NCBI GenBank assembly: GCA_036337715.1
Contig: JAYZDS010000007.1
Span: 90,467 to 154,466 of the forward strand
Direction of reading: 5' to 3'
DNA from: Pseudomonadota bacterium
GTDB lineage: Bacteria; Pseudomonadota; Gammaproteobacteria; Comchoanobacterales; Comchoanobacteraceae
DNA: 64,000 bases
In this document: positions 47,127 through 57,526 of the stretch, piece after piece
How positions within the stretch are numbered: the stretch's first letter is position 1
How the letters are laid out: each line of letters begins with the position of its first letter
Translations under genes and position numbers: made by a program
Notes under the pieces: generated by a model
What the model was told of the DNA's origin: nothing
Databases searched by the model: none
What the model saw: only the letters and a program-made list of their open reading frames with translations

Positions 47127-48215
47127 ATGTATTGGTATTTTTTTAAGTCTCAACCAGGCAGTAAACAATACAAGTCTAATCAGGGCCAATGGTATTTAAA
47201 ATATCCAAAAAACCGCCCTGATTCAGTTTTTTCACCACACAGGCAACTAGAGGACCTATGGTCTCAAGTTTGTACATTAAACCTTGCAAAAGTTGTTGGT
47301 ATACATGTGCCCGAAGTCTTTATGGTTGTCCCATTTAATTGGGATACTAAAGCCTATGATGATCAAAATAAAATTCGCATTAGTGCTTCAATTTTTTCAA
47401 ACCAGTTAGATGAGTTTAGTGAATTATCAGATTTTTATAACCAACTATCTCAGTTCCAGTCTCCTCAATCGCTTTACGATAAGTCATATTTATATTTAGA
47501 TTTACTTTCTAAAGCACAAAAAAACGCATTAGGTAAATTATACGCAACTGCCCTTTGGTTAGGTCATTGGGATTTGGCAAATAATGTCAATTTTGCAAAT
47601 GCTGGATTTGTTAAAGCCAAAAAATCAGATCAATCATTGCCTGTTATGGTTGATGGTGGCAATGCACTTGATGAAGGATTTAATGGATATACTAAGCTTA
47701 GTACAATTAGCTTATTTGTTAAATCAGATAAAGAAAACGATCATAATCATGAAGAAAAGGAATTTGATGCCATTCGTTTTGGTTATGGACATTTAGCACC
47801 CTTAAATAATGAGATTTATCCTTTTTTGCCTAGATTCTTATTCAACCAAAAAGAATTTTTTTGGTCAGACGAGGATGTGATTGAAGGTTTTGTTCAACAA
47901 GCTAAAATCATCGGTCAGGTGAAAAAAATAGACATTAAAGAATGTATTCGTCAATGTTGGCAATATGTTGTAGATGCGGATGGCTTACATCATGCTCACC
48001 CAGTGGGTGTTTTAAAAAAATCATTACGATTAACTCAAAGTAGATGGTCACATACCCATTTAGCTAATAGTATTATTGATGTGATAAGTGGTAGGGCCAA
48101 AAACTTAAATAAGATGGCAAAAAAAGTTTCTAAAATTGATAGTCATGATTTTGAGCGCATTCATGCGTCTGTGCTGGACCATGGTCGAATTAATAACATA
48201 AATAGACATAATTGA
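47127..48215 (+). CDS. hypothetical protein with a kinase-like catalytic-loop signature (362 aa)
   Basis: It starts 3 nt after the CADD-like stop. WYLKYPK (Lys), QLEDLW (Glu), LGHWDLANNVN (HxD..N) and VMVDGGNAL (DxG) occur in the order expected for a protein or lipid kinase fold. Confidence 0.3.
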   Translation: MYWYFFKSQPGSKQYKSNQGQWYLKYPKNRPDSVFSPHRQLEDLWSQVCTLNLAKVVGIHVPEVFMVVPFNWDTKAYDDQNKIRISASIFSNQLDEFSELSDFYNQLSQFQSPQSLYDKSYLYLDLLSKAQKNALGKLYATALWLGHWDLANNVNFANAGFVKAKKSDQSLPVMVDGGNALDEGFNGYTKLSTISLFVKSDKENDHNHEEKEFDAIRFGYGHLAPLNNEIYPFLPRFLFNQKEFFWSDEDVIEGFVQQAKIIGQVKKIDIKECIRQCWQYVVDADGLHHAHPVGVLKKSLRLTQSRWSHTHLANSIIDVISGRAKNLNKMAKKVSKIDSHDFERIHASVLDHGRINNINRHN

Positions 48216-48293
48216 ATCAGGTTATGATGAAATAATTAAAATGGTTATTGATTCCAAATAATCTTCTAAAATAAAGAAAATTCAAGGTTTTTC

Positions 48294-48323
48294 TTGCGAC
48301 GAATAAATTTCTAGTGCTAACAT
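48294..48323 (+). promoter_or_regulatory. candidate rnpB promoter
   Basis: TTGCGA is followed by a 17-18 nt spacer and TGCTAACAT (extended -10-like). This ends about 6 nt before the predicted RNA 5' end. Confidence 0.35.
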
Positions 48324-48328
48324 GTAAA

Positions 48329-48664
48329 TGCGTTGGCTGGGCGATCGCTAGCTTTATGCTAGAGGAAAGTCCGGGCTCCATAGAGTACGATGCCAGGTAA
48401 TGCCTGGGCAATGTAAATTGACGGCTAGTGCCACAGAAACCAAACCGCCTTCGGGTAAGGGTGAAAAGGTGCGGTAAGAGCGCACCGCATTATTGGTAAC
48501 AATGATGGCAGGGTAAACCCCATCGGGAGCAAGACCAAATATAGATCTAGAGTTCGCTCGCATGTTACTCGCATGAGATTTGGGTAGGTCGCATGAAATA
48601 ATGGGCAACCATTGTTCTAGATAGATGATCGTCCTCGACAGAACCCGGCTTACAGGCTGACGCA
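48329..48664 (+). ncRNA. rnpB: RNase P RNA (bacterial type A)
   Basis: The universally conserved GAGGAAAGUCCGGGCUCCAUAG, GGUAAGGGUGAAAGGGUGCGGUAAGAGCGCACC-like segment and ACAGAACCCGGCUUA are present. The termini UGCGUUGGCUG / CAGGCUGACGCA can form P1. The ends are approximate, within about 5 nt. Confidence 0.93.
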
Positions 48665-48679
48665 CGATGTTTTTAGGAG

Positions 48680-49864
48680 TTGGGCTTTTTGGAAAATTCT
48701 TTGGTGTTAACAATTTGTGTTATTTTTGTTGGGGCAGCTGTGTTCTCAACAATCGCACTTGCCTTGCGCCAATCGCTTTTAGTAGCCTATATTCTTCTTG
48801 GTGTTTTGGTAAGTTACCTGGGGATGGATTCACTTGCTGATACTATTTTCATTCATTACAGTGGTGATATTGGCATAATTTTTCTACTTTTTATGCTTGG
48901 TTTACACTTAGATCCTATCCGTTTAATTGATCAGATGAAAAAAATAACCCCAACGGGTTTATGGAGCAGTATTGCTTTTTGGTTAATTGGTTTTATTGTG
49001 ATGAAAATAATGGGCTACTCTTGGTTTGCTGCAATTTTTGTTGGTGTGTCATGTCTATTTTCTAGTACGATCATAGGGTTAAAATTGCTACCTACAAAAA
49101 TGATGTCACCAGGTTCGATTGGTGAGGTTATGATCAGTATCCTATTACTTCAAGATTTTTTAGCGATGCTTGTATTATTTTTTCTTCATCAATTTGTTAG
49201 TCCAACCATTTCATGGTGGCATATTATGATGTTATCCGCTTTTTTGCCTGCACTGGTGGTTGCATCGTTTAGTTTTGTTGATGGTGTTTTAGAACCACTC
49301 ATGTCAAAACATCAGCGTATAAGGGAATATTTGTTTTTATTAGCGATCGCATGGTGTCTCGGTGTTGCAGTACTTTCTGAAATGTCAGGCATTTCTTATG
49401 AAATTGGCGCATTTATCGCGGGCATAAGTTTGGCGCACTTGAGTATGGCAAATTATTTATCGGATATCTTGTTGCCATTAAGAGACTTTTTTTTGGTCAT
49501 TTTTTTCTTTGCAGTTGGCATGAACATCGATTTGGATTTAATGGGTACGATTTTTTTACCCGCTTGTGTTTTGGCAGTTGTATTACTGGTCGGAAAACCC
49601 TATATCTATAAAATACTCTTTATGAGAAAAGACATTGGTTACAATAACGCTTGGGAACTTGGCTTACGTCTTGGACAAGGAAGTGAGTTTACGATCTTGA
49701 TGACTGAAACGGCAAAATCTTTCCAATTCATAACGCCGCGTATTTCAAACTTAATTGAAGTAAGCGCTTTAATCACATTTTTGATCTCTTCATTTATTGT
49801 TGTCAGGTACTATGAGACACCAATTACAAGAAAAGCAAATATTTTGGACGAAGACGACGATTAA
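48680..49864 (+). CDS. cation:proton antiporter (CPA2/Kef-type membrane domain)
   Basis: Polytopic protein. GDIGIIFLLFMLGLHLD and GAFIAGISLA are Na+/H+-exchanger family motifs. The start is uncertain (TTG/GTG candidates at 48680-48704). Confidence 0.75.
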   Translation: MGFLENSLVLTICVIFVGAAVFSTIALALRQSLLVAYILLGVLVSYLGMDSLADTIFIHYSGDIGIIFLLFMLGLHLDPIRLIDQMKKITPTGLWSSIAFWLIGFIVMKIMGYSWFAAIFVGVSCLFSSTIIGLKLLPTKMMSPGSIGEVMISILLLQDFLAMLVLFFLHQFVSPTISWWHIMMLSAFLPALVVASFSFVDGVLEPLMSKHQRIREYLFLLAIAWCLGVAVLSEMSGISYEIGAFIAGISLAHLSMANYLSDILLPLRDFFLVIFFFAVGMNIDLDLMGTIFLPACVLAVVLLVGKPYIYKILFMRKDIGYNNAWELGLRLGQGSEFTILMTETAKSFQFITPRISNLIEVSALITFLISSFIVVRYYETPITRKANILDEDDD

Positions 49865-51684
49865 GATTCGTCATCATCTAGTTTTAGCCAAGTTTCATAT
49901 GCAATGTCTTTTTCAGCTTCTAGGTTTTTAATCGTCTGTTTTATAGCTTTAACTTTTTCAAAGTCATTATAGATATCAGGTTGCATCAATAAATTTGATT
50001 GATCAGTAATTTGTTTTTCAAGTCGTTTGATTTTATCAAGAATCCTGCGAATGGCTCTGTGATCTTTGATTTTAGGTGGTTTGATTTGTTTTTTTTCTTT
50101 TATTGGAGAGGTTAGGCTGATTGGTTTGGCACCTTGGTGAAGGGCATCATCATATCCACCAGCATATTCTGTTATTTGGCCATCGTCTTCAAAATAAAGA
50201 ACTTGTGTTGCAATTTGATTAATGAATGTTCTATCGTGACTGACAAGTAAGATAGCAGCTTTTGTCTCGATTAAAAACTGCTCTAGGGCATCAAGTGTAT
50301 CAAGGTCTAAATCATTTGTTGGTTCATCTAAAATATATACATTAGCAGGTTTTAAAAACAGTTTTGCAAGTAAGGCACGTTGTTTTTCGCCGCCTGAAAA
50401 GTGTTTGATGGGTGTTTGAATGCGTTCACTTGAAAATAAGAAATCCTGAAGATAACTTATGGCATGTTTTTTTTGACCATTGAGTTCAACGTGACTTTGC
50501 CCCCCTGAGATATTGTCTAAAAGTGATTTATTGAGATCAAGTTGATCTTTTTTTTGATCAAAATAGGCGACATTCAAAGTTGGTCCATGAATAACTTCAC
50601 CTTGGGATGGTTTAATCTCGCCTAACATAATCTTTATTAATGTACTTTTACCGCAGCCATTTCTGCCTATGATCCCGACATGATCTCCGCGATTAAGTGT
50701 GAATGTTAATTGATCAACTAATGGTTTTGTATAACCAAAAGAAACATCTTTTAACTGAATCAATTTTTGGGAAGTAGGGCCCTGACTATGATCGGATATT
50801 TTAATTTGTTTGTCACGGTTGATTCTTAATGCCCGTTGCTCTTTAAGCACATTAAGTGCTCTCAGTCTGCCCTGATTACGTTTTCGTCTAGCAGTGACCC
50901 CACGGGCAAGCCAATGCATTTCTCTTGCAATTTTTTTTTCAAGTTTTTGCGTAGTATTTGCCTCTTCCAGTAAAAACGTTTCACGTCTTTTGATATGGTC
51001 AGAATAATTGCCTGGCCAACCCATAATTTGCCCATGATCAATTTCTACAATATGATCAGCCACATCATCGATTAATTGTCTATCATGGCTTACTAAAATA
51101 ATGCTACCTTTAAAATCTTGACACCATTTGGTTAGCCATTCAATTGCTGCAATATCAAGATGATTGGTTGGCTCATCTAAAATCAGTACATCAGGTTCTT
51201 TGATGATGCTTTGTGCAAAAGCAACTCGTCTTTTGAGTCCCTCGGATAACTCAGAAATGAATAGATCAGTGTCCAATAAACATATACGACATATTGATTT
51301 TGCTTGTTGTAAATATCGTTGTGAATCAATCTTATCTACATCTTGTTGTAAAGCCTCATTGCTTGCGTCAGACAGCCATTTCGCTATTAGGCTACCATCT
51401 GTGCCCAAGCCCCTTAAAACCGCCATTAAAACCGTGTCATTGGGCGTTAAATCGGGTTGTTGGTGTAGATAGCTTATTAAACAACGGTTTGGCCAGTTAA
51501 TATCTCCTTGATCTGCAGTTAATTGACCACACATGAGTTTTAATAATGTAGTTTTCCCAACGCCGTTTGCACCGATTAAAGCCGTCTTAGATGGTAAAGA
51601 CCATGATAAGTTGGCATCACTCAATATTGCTTTGCCACTATGTTGATAAGATAATTGTTTGATGATTAAAGCGTCTTGTTGCAT
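49861..51684 (-). CDS. ABC-F family ATPase (Uup-like)
   Basis: Two ABC cassettes are present (GANGVGKTTLL / LSEGLKRR and GRNGCGKSTLI / FSGGEKQR). There are no TM domains and the tail is a C-terminal coiled coil. ATG 51684 is preferred to the track start. Confidence 0.85.
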   Translation of the reverse strand: MQQDALIIKQLSYQHSGKAILSDANLSWSLPSKTALIGANGVGKTTLLKLMCGQLTADQGDINWPNRCLISYLHQQPDLTPNDTVLMAVLRGLGTDGSLIAKWLSDASNEALQQDVDKIDSQRYLQQAKSICRICLLDTDLFISELSEGLKRRVAFAQSIIKEPDVLILDEPTNHLDIAAIEWLTKWCQDFKGSIILVSHDRQLIDDVADHIVEIDHGQIMGWPGNYSDHIKRRETFLLEEANTTQKLEKKIAREMHWLARGVTARRKRNQGRLRALNVLKEQRALRINRDKQIKISDHSQGPTSQKLIQLKDVSFGYTKPLVDQLTFTLNRGDHVGIIGRNGCGKSTLIKIMLGEIKPSQGEVIHGPTLNVAYFDQKKDQLDLNKSLLDNISGGQSHVELNGQKKHAISYLQDFLFSSERIQTPIKHFSGGEKQRALLAKLFLKPANVYILDEPTNDLDLDTLDALEQFLIETKAAILLVSHDRTFINQIATQVLYFEDDGQITEYAGGYDDALHQGAKPISLTSPIKEKKQIKPPKIKDHRAIRRILDKIKRLEKQITDQSNLLMQPDIYNDFEKVKAIKQTIKNLEAEKDIAYETWLKLDDDES

Positions 51685-51832
51685 AATAAGCACATTACAA
51701 TGGAATTTAACAATTCGCAACTGAGAGCCAGTTGTAATTTATTTTTTATATTGGTTTTGTCGTTAGATCTCTTGTTAACTTGTTTGCATTTATTTAGGTT
51801 AATCATTAATCTATTTAGGTAGTGAGGATAAT

Positions 51833-54511
51833 ATGGTAAAAAAAGTATTTATGAGTGACCAAAATATTGCAGAAACCAAAGAGTGGTTAGATGCACTACG
51901 TGATGTCATTGAAGCAGAAAACCTAGACAGGGCTATTTTTCTTGTCAGTGCATTAATTGAAAAGCTACGTTTGATTTCAACATTGCAACCTATTGGGACC
52001 GTAACTCCAATGGTGAATACGCTTTCTGCAGACCCTGAATTCCCTGCTCACGAAGAAAATCATATGAAAGCTTTTGGAAACATGGTGCGTTGGAATGCTG
52101 CGGCTATGGTTTCTAAGGGTGCTAAAAAGGCAAGTGAGCTCGGTGGTCATATTGCGACTTATGCTTCCATTGCAGATATATATTCTGTTGCTTTAGCTTA
52201 TTTTTGTCGTGGCAGAAGTGGTGACCGTCTTGAGGACTTAGTTTACTATCAAGGTCACTCTACACCGGGTTTATATGCTCGAAGCTTTTTAGAGGGACGT
52301 ATTACTGAAGAACAATTATTACATTTCCGCCAGGAAACTAGAGGAAAGGGTGTGGCGTCATATCCCCACCCATGGACAATGCCAGATTATTGGCAATTTG
52401 CAACTGTTTCTATGGGATTGACGGCGGTACAAGCCATTTATCAAGCAAGATTACAAAAATATTTAATTGCCAGAAAATTGCTACCTGAAAGTGATCGCCG
52501 TGTTTGGGCATTTATGGGCGATGGTGAAATGGATGAGATTGAATCTTTAGGTGGCATTAGGATTGCTTCTAGAGAGAATTTAGATAATCTCATTTATGTG
52601 ATTAACTGTAACCTTCAAAGACTAGATGGCCCAGTGTGTGCCAATCATAATGTTATAGATGAATTAGAAGGCATGTTTTTAGGTGCCGGATGGCGAGTCA
52701 TTAAAAGTGTTTGGAATCGCGCAATGGATCGTTTACTTGAGAAAGATACAGAAGGTCTTTTGAAAGCAAAGTTATCCAATTTCAATGATGGACAATTACA
52801 GCGTATCAGTGGGCTAAACGCTCAACAAATTAGAGAAGAAGTTTTCAATGATGATCCGCGATTAAAGGCAATGATTGATGGTTGGTCTGATGAAGACATC
52901 GATGCCCTTGGTCGTGCTGGCCACGATTGCGAGAAGATCTTTTCATCATTTAATGAAGCTCAGAAAACAAAGGGTCAACCAACTGTTGTATTACTCATGA
53001 CAACGAAGGGGTATGGTGTTCCAGGTGTTGCTGGAACAAATACGGCACATAACACAAAAAAAATGGCAGAAGATACATTGGTTGAATATGCTAAATTACT
53101 TGAAATTCCTTTGTCATTAGACAAAGCCAAACAAGGGGATTTTTATCATCCTGGTGAAGATAACGCTGCCATAAAATTCATTCGCCAAAGAAGACAAGCA
53201 TTAGGTGGTTATATCCCAGCTAGACATGCGAAAGCAGATGTTCTCAAAGCACCGGATCTAAAAACTTTTGCATCCATTTGTGAGGGTAGTAAAGACCGTG
53301 AAGTTTCTTCAACCATGATGTTGGTGAGAATCTTAAGTTTGTTACTTAGAGAGGCTCACTTAAAAGATCGTATCGTCCCCATTGTCCCGGATGAGTCCAG
53401 AACCTTTGGTATGGAGGGATTATTTAGACAAATAGGGATTTATTCACCGTTAGGTCAACAATATGAACCAGTCGATGCAGGTTCGATCATGTATTATAAA
53501 GAAGCTAAAGATGGCCAATACATTCAAGAGGGTGTGAATGAGGGTGGTGCAGTCAGCTCATGGATAGCAGCTGCAACTTCATACAGTAGTAATGCGCTTA
53601 GCCTCATACCTTTTTATATTTATTATTCTATGTTTGGTTTTCAGCGTGTTGGCGATTATATTTGGGCTGCAGGCGATATGCGTGCCCGTGGTTTTCTAAT
53701 TGGAGCAACGGCTGGTAGAACGACATTGGCTGGTGAGGGGCTACAACATAATGATGGTAATAGTCTTCATATTTCAAGTTTAGTTCCTAATTGTGTTAGT
53801 TATGATCCCACTTATGGTTATGAATTGGCAGTCATCATTCGCCATGGTATTTATCGCATGTTTGAAAAACAAGAAGACGTATTTTTCTATATTTCAGTCA
53901 TGAATGAAAATTATATACACCCTGCAATGCCAAAAAATGTTGAGGAAGACATTATCAAAGGGATGTATCTGCTTCAGAAGTCGAAAAAGCCACAGATACA
54001 TTTGCTTGGTTCAGGCACAATTTTAAGAGAAGTCGAAAAAGCAAAGACCTTGTTAGAAAAAGATTATGGTATTGAAGCCAATGTGTGGAGTGTGACAAGT
54101 TTCACGGAATTAGCCCGTGAAGCAGCCCACGTTGAACGTCATAATAGAGTTTGTATTGAAGCTGACGAAAAGCAAAGCCATATTGAGCTTTGTCTAAATG
54201 ACGGTTTGCCTATTGTCGTTGCAACAGACTATGTTAAAACCTACCCTCAACAAGTCCAACCATATATTGATAACCCAATGACGGTATTAGGGACAGATGG
54301 TTTTGGGCGAAGTGATACACGTTTGGAACTTAGACAATTCCATGAGGTTAATACCAATCATATCGCTTATGCAGCCCTTTATCATGCTTATAAAGCAGGA
54401 CAACTGTCAAAGAAAGCACTGATTGAAGCCAAGAAAAAACTTGATATACCAGATGAAGACCCTCAAGATACGATTGCATCTTTGTACCAAGGTGTTAAGG
54501 AGGATATCTGA
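51833..54511 (+). CDS. aceE: pyruvate dehydrogenase E1 component
   Basis: An 892-aa homodimeric-type E1. The ThDP motif is FMGDGEMDE and GGHIATYAS is also present. aceF and lpdA follow. Confidence 0.95.
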   Translation: MVKKVFMSDQNIAETKEWLDALRDVIEAENLDRAIFLVSALIEKLRLISTLQPIGTVTPMVNTLSADPEFPAHEENHMKAFGNMVRWNAAAMVSKGAKKASELGGHIATYASIADIYSVALAYFCRGRSGDRLEDLVYYQGHSTPGLYARSFLEGRITEEQLLHFRQETRGKGVASYPHPWTMPDYWQFATVSMGLTAVQAIYQARLQKYLIARKLLPESDRRVWAFMGDGEMDEIESLGGIRIASRENLDNLIYVINCNLQRLDGPVCANHNVIDELEGMFLGAGWRVIKSVWNRAMDRLLEKDTEGLLKAKLSNFNDGQLQRISGLNAQQIREEVFNDDPRLKAMIDGWSDEDIDALGRAGHDCEKIFSSFNEAQKTKGQPTVVLLMTTKGYGVPGVAGTNTAHNTKKMAEDTLVEYAKLLEIPLSLDKAKQGDFYHPGEDNAAIKFIRQRRQALGGYIPARHAKADVLKAPDLKTFASICEGSKDREVSSTMMLVRILSLLLREAHLKDRIVPIVPDESRTFGMEGLFRQIGIYSPLGQQYEPVDAGSIMYYKEAKDGQYIQEGVNEGGAVSSWIAAATSYSSNALSLIPFYIYYSMFGFQRVGDYIWAAGDMRARGFLIGATAGRTTLAGEGLQHNDGNSLHISSLVPNCVSYDPTYGYELAVIIRHGIYRMFEKQEDVFFYISVMNENYIHPAMPKNVEEDIIKGMYLLQKSKKPQIHLLGSGTILREVEKAKTLLEKDYGIEANVWSVTSFTELAREAAHVERHNRVCIEADEKQSHIELCLNDGLPIVVATDYVKTYPQQVQPYIDNPMTVLGTDGFGRSDTRLELRQFHEVNTNHIAYAALYHAYKAGQLSKKALIEAKKKLDIPDEDPQDTIASLYQGVKEDI

Positions 54512-56106
54512 TGGTTAAATTGATCATACCTGACTTAGGCGGAGCAAGCGACGTAACTATTATTGAAATTTTGGTGAAGCCTGGCGATCGTGTTGAACTC
54601 GACCAATCTATATTAACCCTAGAAGGGGAGAAGGCAACAATGGAAGTGCCTGCAACACAAGCAGGAGCAATTGCTAAAATATTGGTCAATGTAGGCGATA
54701 AAGTTAATGTGGGTGATGTAGTAGCCGAACTCGATGTCGATGATGTTCCAGTTACAGAAGACAAAGTTATTCCAGATGAAGTCGCTGACGAGGTCCCAAG
54801 TAAGGATGAGCCTGCTAGCCCAACAGTAGAACTGAAAACATTAAATATCCCTGATTTGGGTGGAGCAGATAGTGCACAGGTAATTGAGTGTTTGGTCAAT
54901 GTTGGTGATGAGATCAGTATAGATCAACCTGTGATTACGCTTGAGGGAGAAAAGGCTACTATGGAAGTCCCTTCTACCGAAGCGGGAGAAATCAAGAAGA
55001 TTCACCTACAAGTAGGTGATCAGATTAAACAAGGTCAGCCTATGATTGACGTGCTTACCTTAAACAGTACCAGTACAACTTTGCAAGCACCTCAGGCATC
55101 ACAGGAAGTCCAAGTTAGTCAACCACAACAACCAACTGTTAGACAAACTTCCCCTACAACGACAACTGCCCCAGTTATGAGCGAGCCACTGCCGTCATTT
55201 GATAAAGTGTATGCAGGTCCAAGCGTTAGACGTTATGCTCGCGAATTTGGTATTGATTTAAATCAGATCAAGGGCACTGGTCATAAAGGTAGAATTCAAA
55301 AAGAAGATTTGATTCAGTTTGTTAAATTAAGATTAAATCAAGCAACTTCTCCGGGTACCTCAGCGCTACCTACCATGCCTAGTATTGATTTTGCTCAATT
55401 TGGTTCAGTTAATACTGAACCATTATCTAAGATCAAACAAATTACTGGGAAAAATATGGTCCGTAACTGGTTAAATATTCCCCATGTGACTCAATTTGGT
55501 CAAGCTGATATCACATTATTAGATCAAAATTTTCAAGAATTCAAAGCTAAATTAAAATCCGAAGGCAAACGAATTACCCAACTGCCATTTTTAATGAAGG
55601 CGCTAGTGCTAGCGCTCAAAGAATTTCCTGAGTTTAATGCGTCATTAAGTAGTGATGGTAAATCAATCATAAAAAAAGACTACTATCATATAGGTATTGC
55701 AGTTGATACGCCTCAAGGCTTGGTTGTGCCGGTAATTCGCGATGTGGATCAAAAAGACATCATGACCTTAATGGATGATTTATTATCGTTGAGTGCGCAA
55801 GCACGTGAATCAGGACTACCTATGAAAGCAATGCAGGGGGGGTGTATGACCATCTCAAATTTGGGTGGTATTGGTGGTGGTCACTTTACCCCGATCATAA
55901 ATGCACCAGAGGTTGCAATTTTAGGTGTCTCACGTCAAGAGGTTGTCCCACATTATAAGGACGGGCACTGGTTGCCAATGACGCAATTACCATTATCTTT
56001 GTCGTATGATCACCGCGTTATTGATGGTGCACAAGCGGCACGTTTTTTAGTTCGACTCATGCATTATATTTCGCATGTTGTCGTTGAACTCATTGTTGGA
56101 GAGTAA
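54511..56106 (+). CDS. aceF: dihydrolipoyllysine-residue acetyltransferase (E2), two lipoyl domains
   Basis: LEGEKATMEVP occurs twice. A peripheral subunit-binding domain is present (GPSVRRYAREFGIDL), and the catalytic motif is SYDHRVIDGA. Confidence 0.95.
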   Translation: MVKLIIPDLGGASDVTIIEILVKPGDRVELDQSILTLEGEKATMEVPATQAGAIAKILVNVGDKVNVGDVVAELDVDDVPVTEDKVIPDEVADEVPSKDEPASPTVELKTLNIPDLGGADSAQVIECLVNVGDEISIDQPVITLEGEKATMEVPSTEAGEIKKIHLQVGDQIKQGQPMIDVLTLNSTSTTLQAPQASQEVQVSQPQQPTVRQTSPTTTTAPVMSEPLPSFDKVYAGPSVRRYAREFGIDLNQIKGTGHKGRIQKEDLIQFVKLRLNQATSPGTSALPTMPSIDFAQFGSVNTEPLSKIKQITGKNMVRNWLNIPHVTQFGQADITLLDQNFQEFKAKLKSEGKRITQLPFLMKALVLALKEFPEFNASLSSDGKSIIKKDYYHIGIAVDTPQGLVVPVIRDVDQKDIMTLMDDLLSLSAQARESGLPMKAMQGGCMTISNLGGIGGGHFTPIINAPEVAILGVSRQEVVPHYKDGHWLPMTQLPLSLSYDHRVIDGAQAARFLVRLMHYISHVVVELIVGE

Positions 56107-56110
56107 TGAC

Positions 56111-57526
56111 ATGGCAAATCAAAAATCAGTTAAGCAAATCAAAATTCAGTGTTTAGTATTAGGGAGTGGGCCAGGTGGTTATACGGCCGCTAATAGGCTA
56201 GCTGATCTGGGTCAAGAGGTTATTCTAGTTGAACGCTTTGATGCTTTGGGTGGCGTGTGTTTAAATGTTGGATGTATCCCTTCAAAAGCGATGCTACACA
56301 TGGCAGAAGTTCTATTTGAAACAGCTGAATTATCTGCAAAAGGGATAGAATATAACAAACCTAAAATTGATATCGTTAAATTACGTGCTTGGAAAGATGG
56401 GATCATTAAAAACTTAAATCAAGGCGTAAAGATGCTTACATCTAAACGTAAAGTTAAGGTGATTCATGGATACGGAACATTAACAAGCACACATACATTG
56501 AATGTCACAGATGCCAATGAGCAAACAACAGAAATCTCTTTTGAAAAGATAATATTAGCAGCAGGATCTGAGCCTGTAAGGCTACCCTTTTTACCAGAAG
56601 ACCCAAGAATATTCAGTTCAACTGGTGCTTTGAGGTTTGCTGATCCAACAGGTTCACTTTTGGTCATAGGTGGTGGCATCATTGGTTGTGAAATGGCAAC
56701 AATTTATAAGGCTTTAGGCGCACCTGTCACAATTGTTGAAATGTTACCAGAATTGATGTCGGGTACGGATCAAGATTTAGTAAAACCAATGCAACAATTA
56801 CTCGAAAAGCGTGGTATTGAAATTCACGTTGATACTCGTGTGACTAATGTCGAAGTTACAAAAAAAGGACTCAGTGTTACTTTTGAAGGCAAAAAGACTG
56901 AAAAGAAAATCTTCTCACAAATTCTTGTGAGTGTTGGAAGAAAACCAAATGGTTTACTCATTGGTTCCGATAAGGCAGGCATTGCTTGCGACGAACGAGG
57001 TTTTGTAAAAGTTGATGACCAATATAAAACAAATGTTGATCATATTTTTGCGATTGGTGACTTAATTGATACGCCGATGTTAGCACATATTGCTGCAGCT
57101 GAAGGTCATTTAGCGGCTGAAATTGCTGCTGGTCATGACCATTTAGTTAGGGATTTTAGATGTTATCCAAATGTTGCATACACTGATCCAGAAGTTGCTT
57201 GGGTTGGTGAAACCGAGGTGTCACTTAAAAAAGCAAATATCAAGTTCAAAAAAGGGGTATTTCCATGGATGGCAAATGGACGTGCACTTGCTATGGGACG
57301 AAGTGAGGGCCTAACAAAAATTTTGGTAGATCCAGATACTGGTAAGATATTAGGCGGTGGTGTTGTTGGAAAGCACGCAGGTGATTTGATTGGTGAGATA
57401 GCTCTTGCGATAGAAATGGGCGCTAATGCAGAAGACATTGCTTTAACCATCCATCCACACCCAACATTGATTGAAACAGTAGGATTAGCTGCTCAGGTAG
57501 TAGAAGGCACAGTGACTGATCTGTGA
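56111..57526 (+). CDS. lpdA: dihydrolipoyl dehydrogenase (E3)
   Basis: VLGSGPGGY, the redox disulfide GGVCLNVGCIPSK and HPHPTL are present. ATG 56111 is preferred. Confidence 0.95.
   Translation: MANQKSVKQIKIQCLVLGSGPGGYTAANRLADLGQEVILVERFDALGGVCLNVGCIPSKAMLHMAEVLFETAELSAKGIEYNKPKIDIVKLRAWKDGIIKNLNQGVKMLTSKRKVKVIHGYGTLTSTHTLNVTDANEQTTEISFEKIILAAGSEPVRLPFLPEDPRIFSSTGALRFADPTGSLLVIGGGIIGCEMATIYKALGAPVTIVEMLPELMSGTDQDLVKPMQQLLEKRGIEIHVDTRVTNVEVTKKGLSVTFEGKKTEKKIFSQILVSVGRKPNGLLIGSDKAGIACDERGFVKVDDQYKTNVDHIFAIGDLIDTPMLAHIAAAEGHLAAEIAAGHDHLVRDFRCYPNVAYTDPEVAWVGETEVSLKKANIKFKKGVFPWMANGRALAMGRSEGLTKILVDPDTGKILGGGVVGKHAGDLIGEIALAIEMGANAEDIALTIHPHPTLIETVGLAAQVVEGTVTDL

Noticed and set aside
48354-48713. 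119-aa ORF on the minus strand
   Set aside because: It lies entirely antisense to the RNase P RNA gene, whose conserved motifs are unambiguous. It is an artefact of the GC-richer structured RNA.
54495-54899. 134-aa Ser/Thr-rich antisense ORF inside aceF. Similar antisense ORFs occur in etfB (13332-13985), the acidic repeat gene (29154-29453), uvrA, acnA and lpdA.
   Set aside because: Open antisense frames are expected opposite GC-richer or repetitive coding sequence. The sense-strand genes are confidently identified, and nothing supports expression of the antisense frames.
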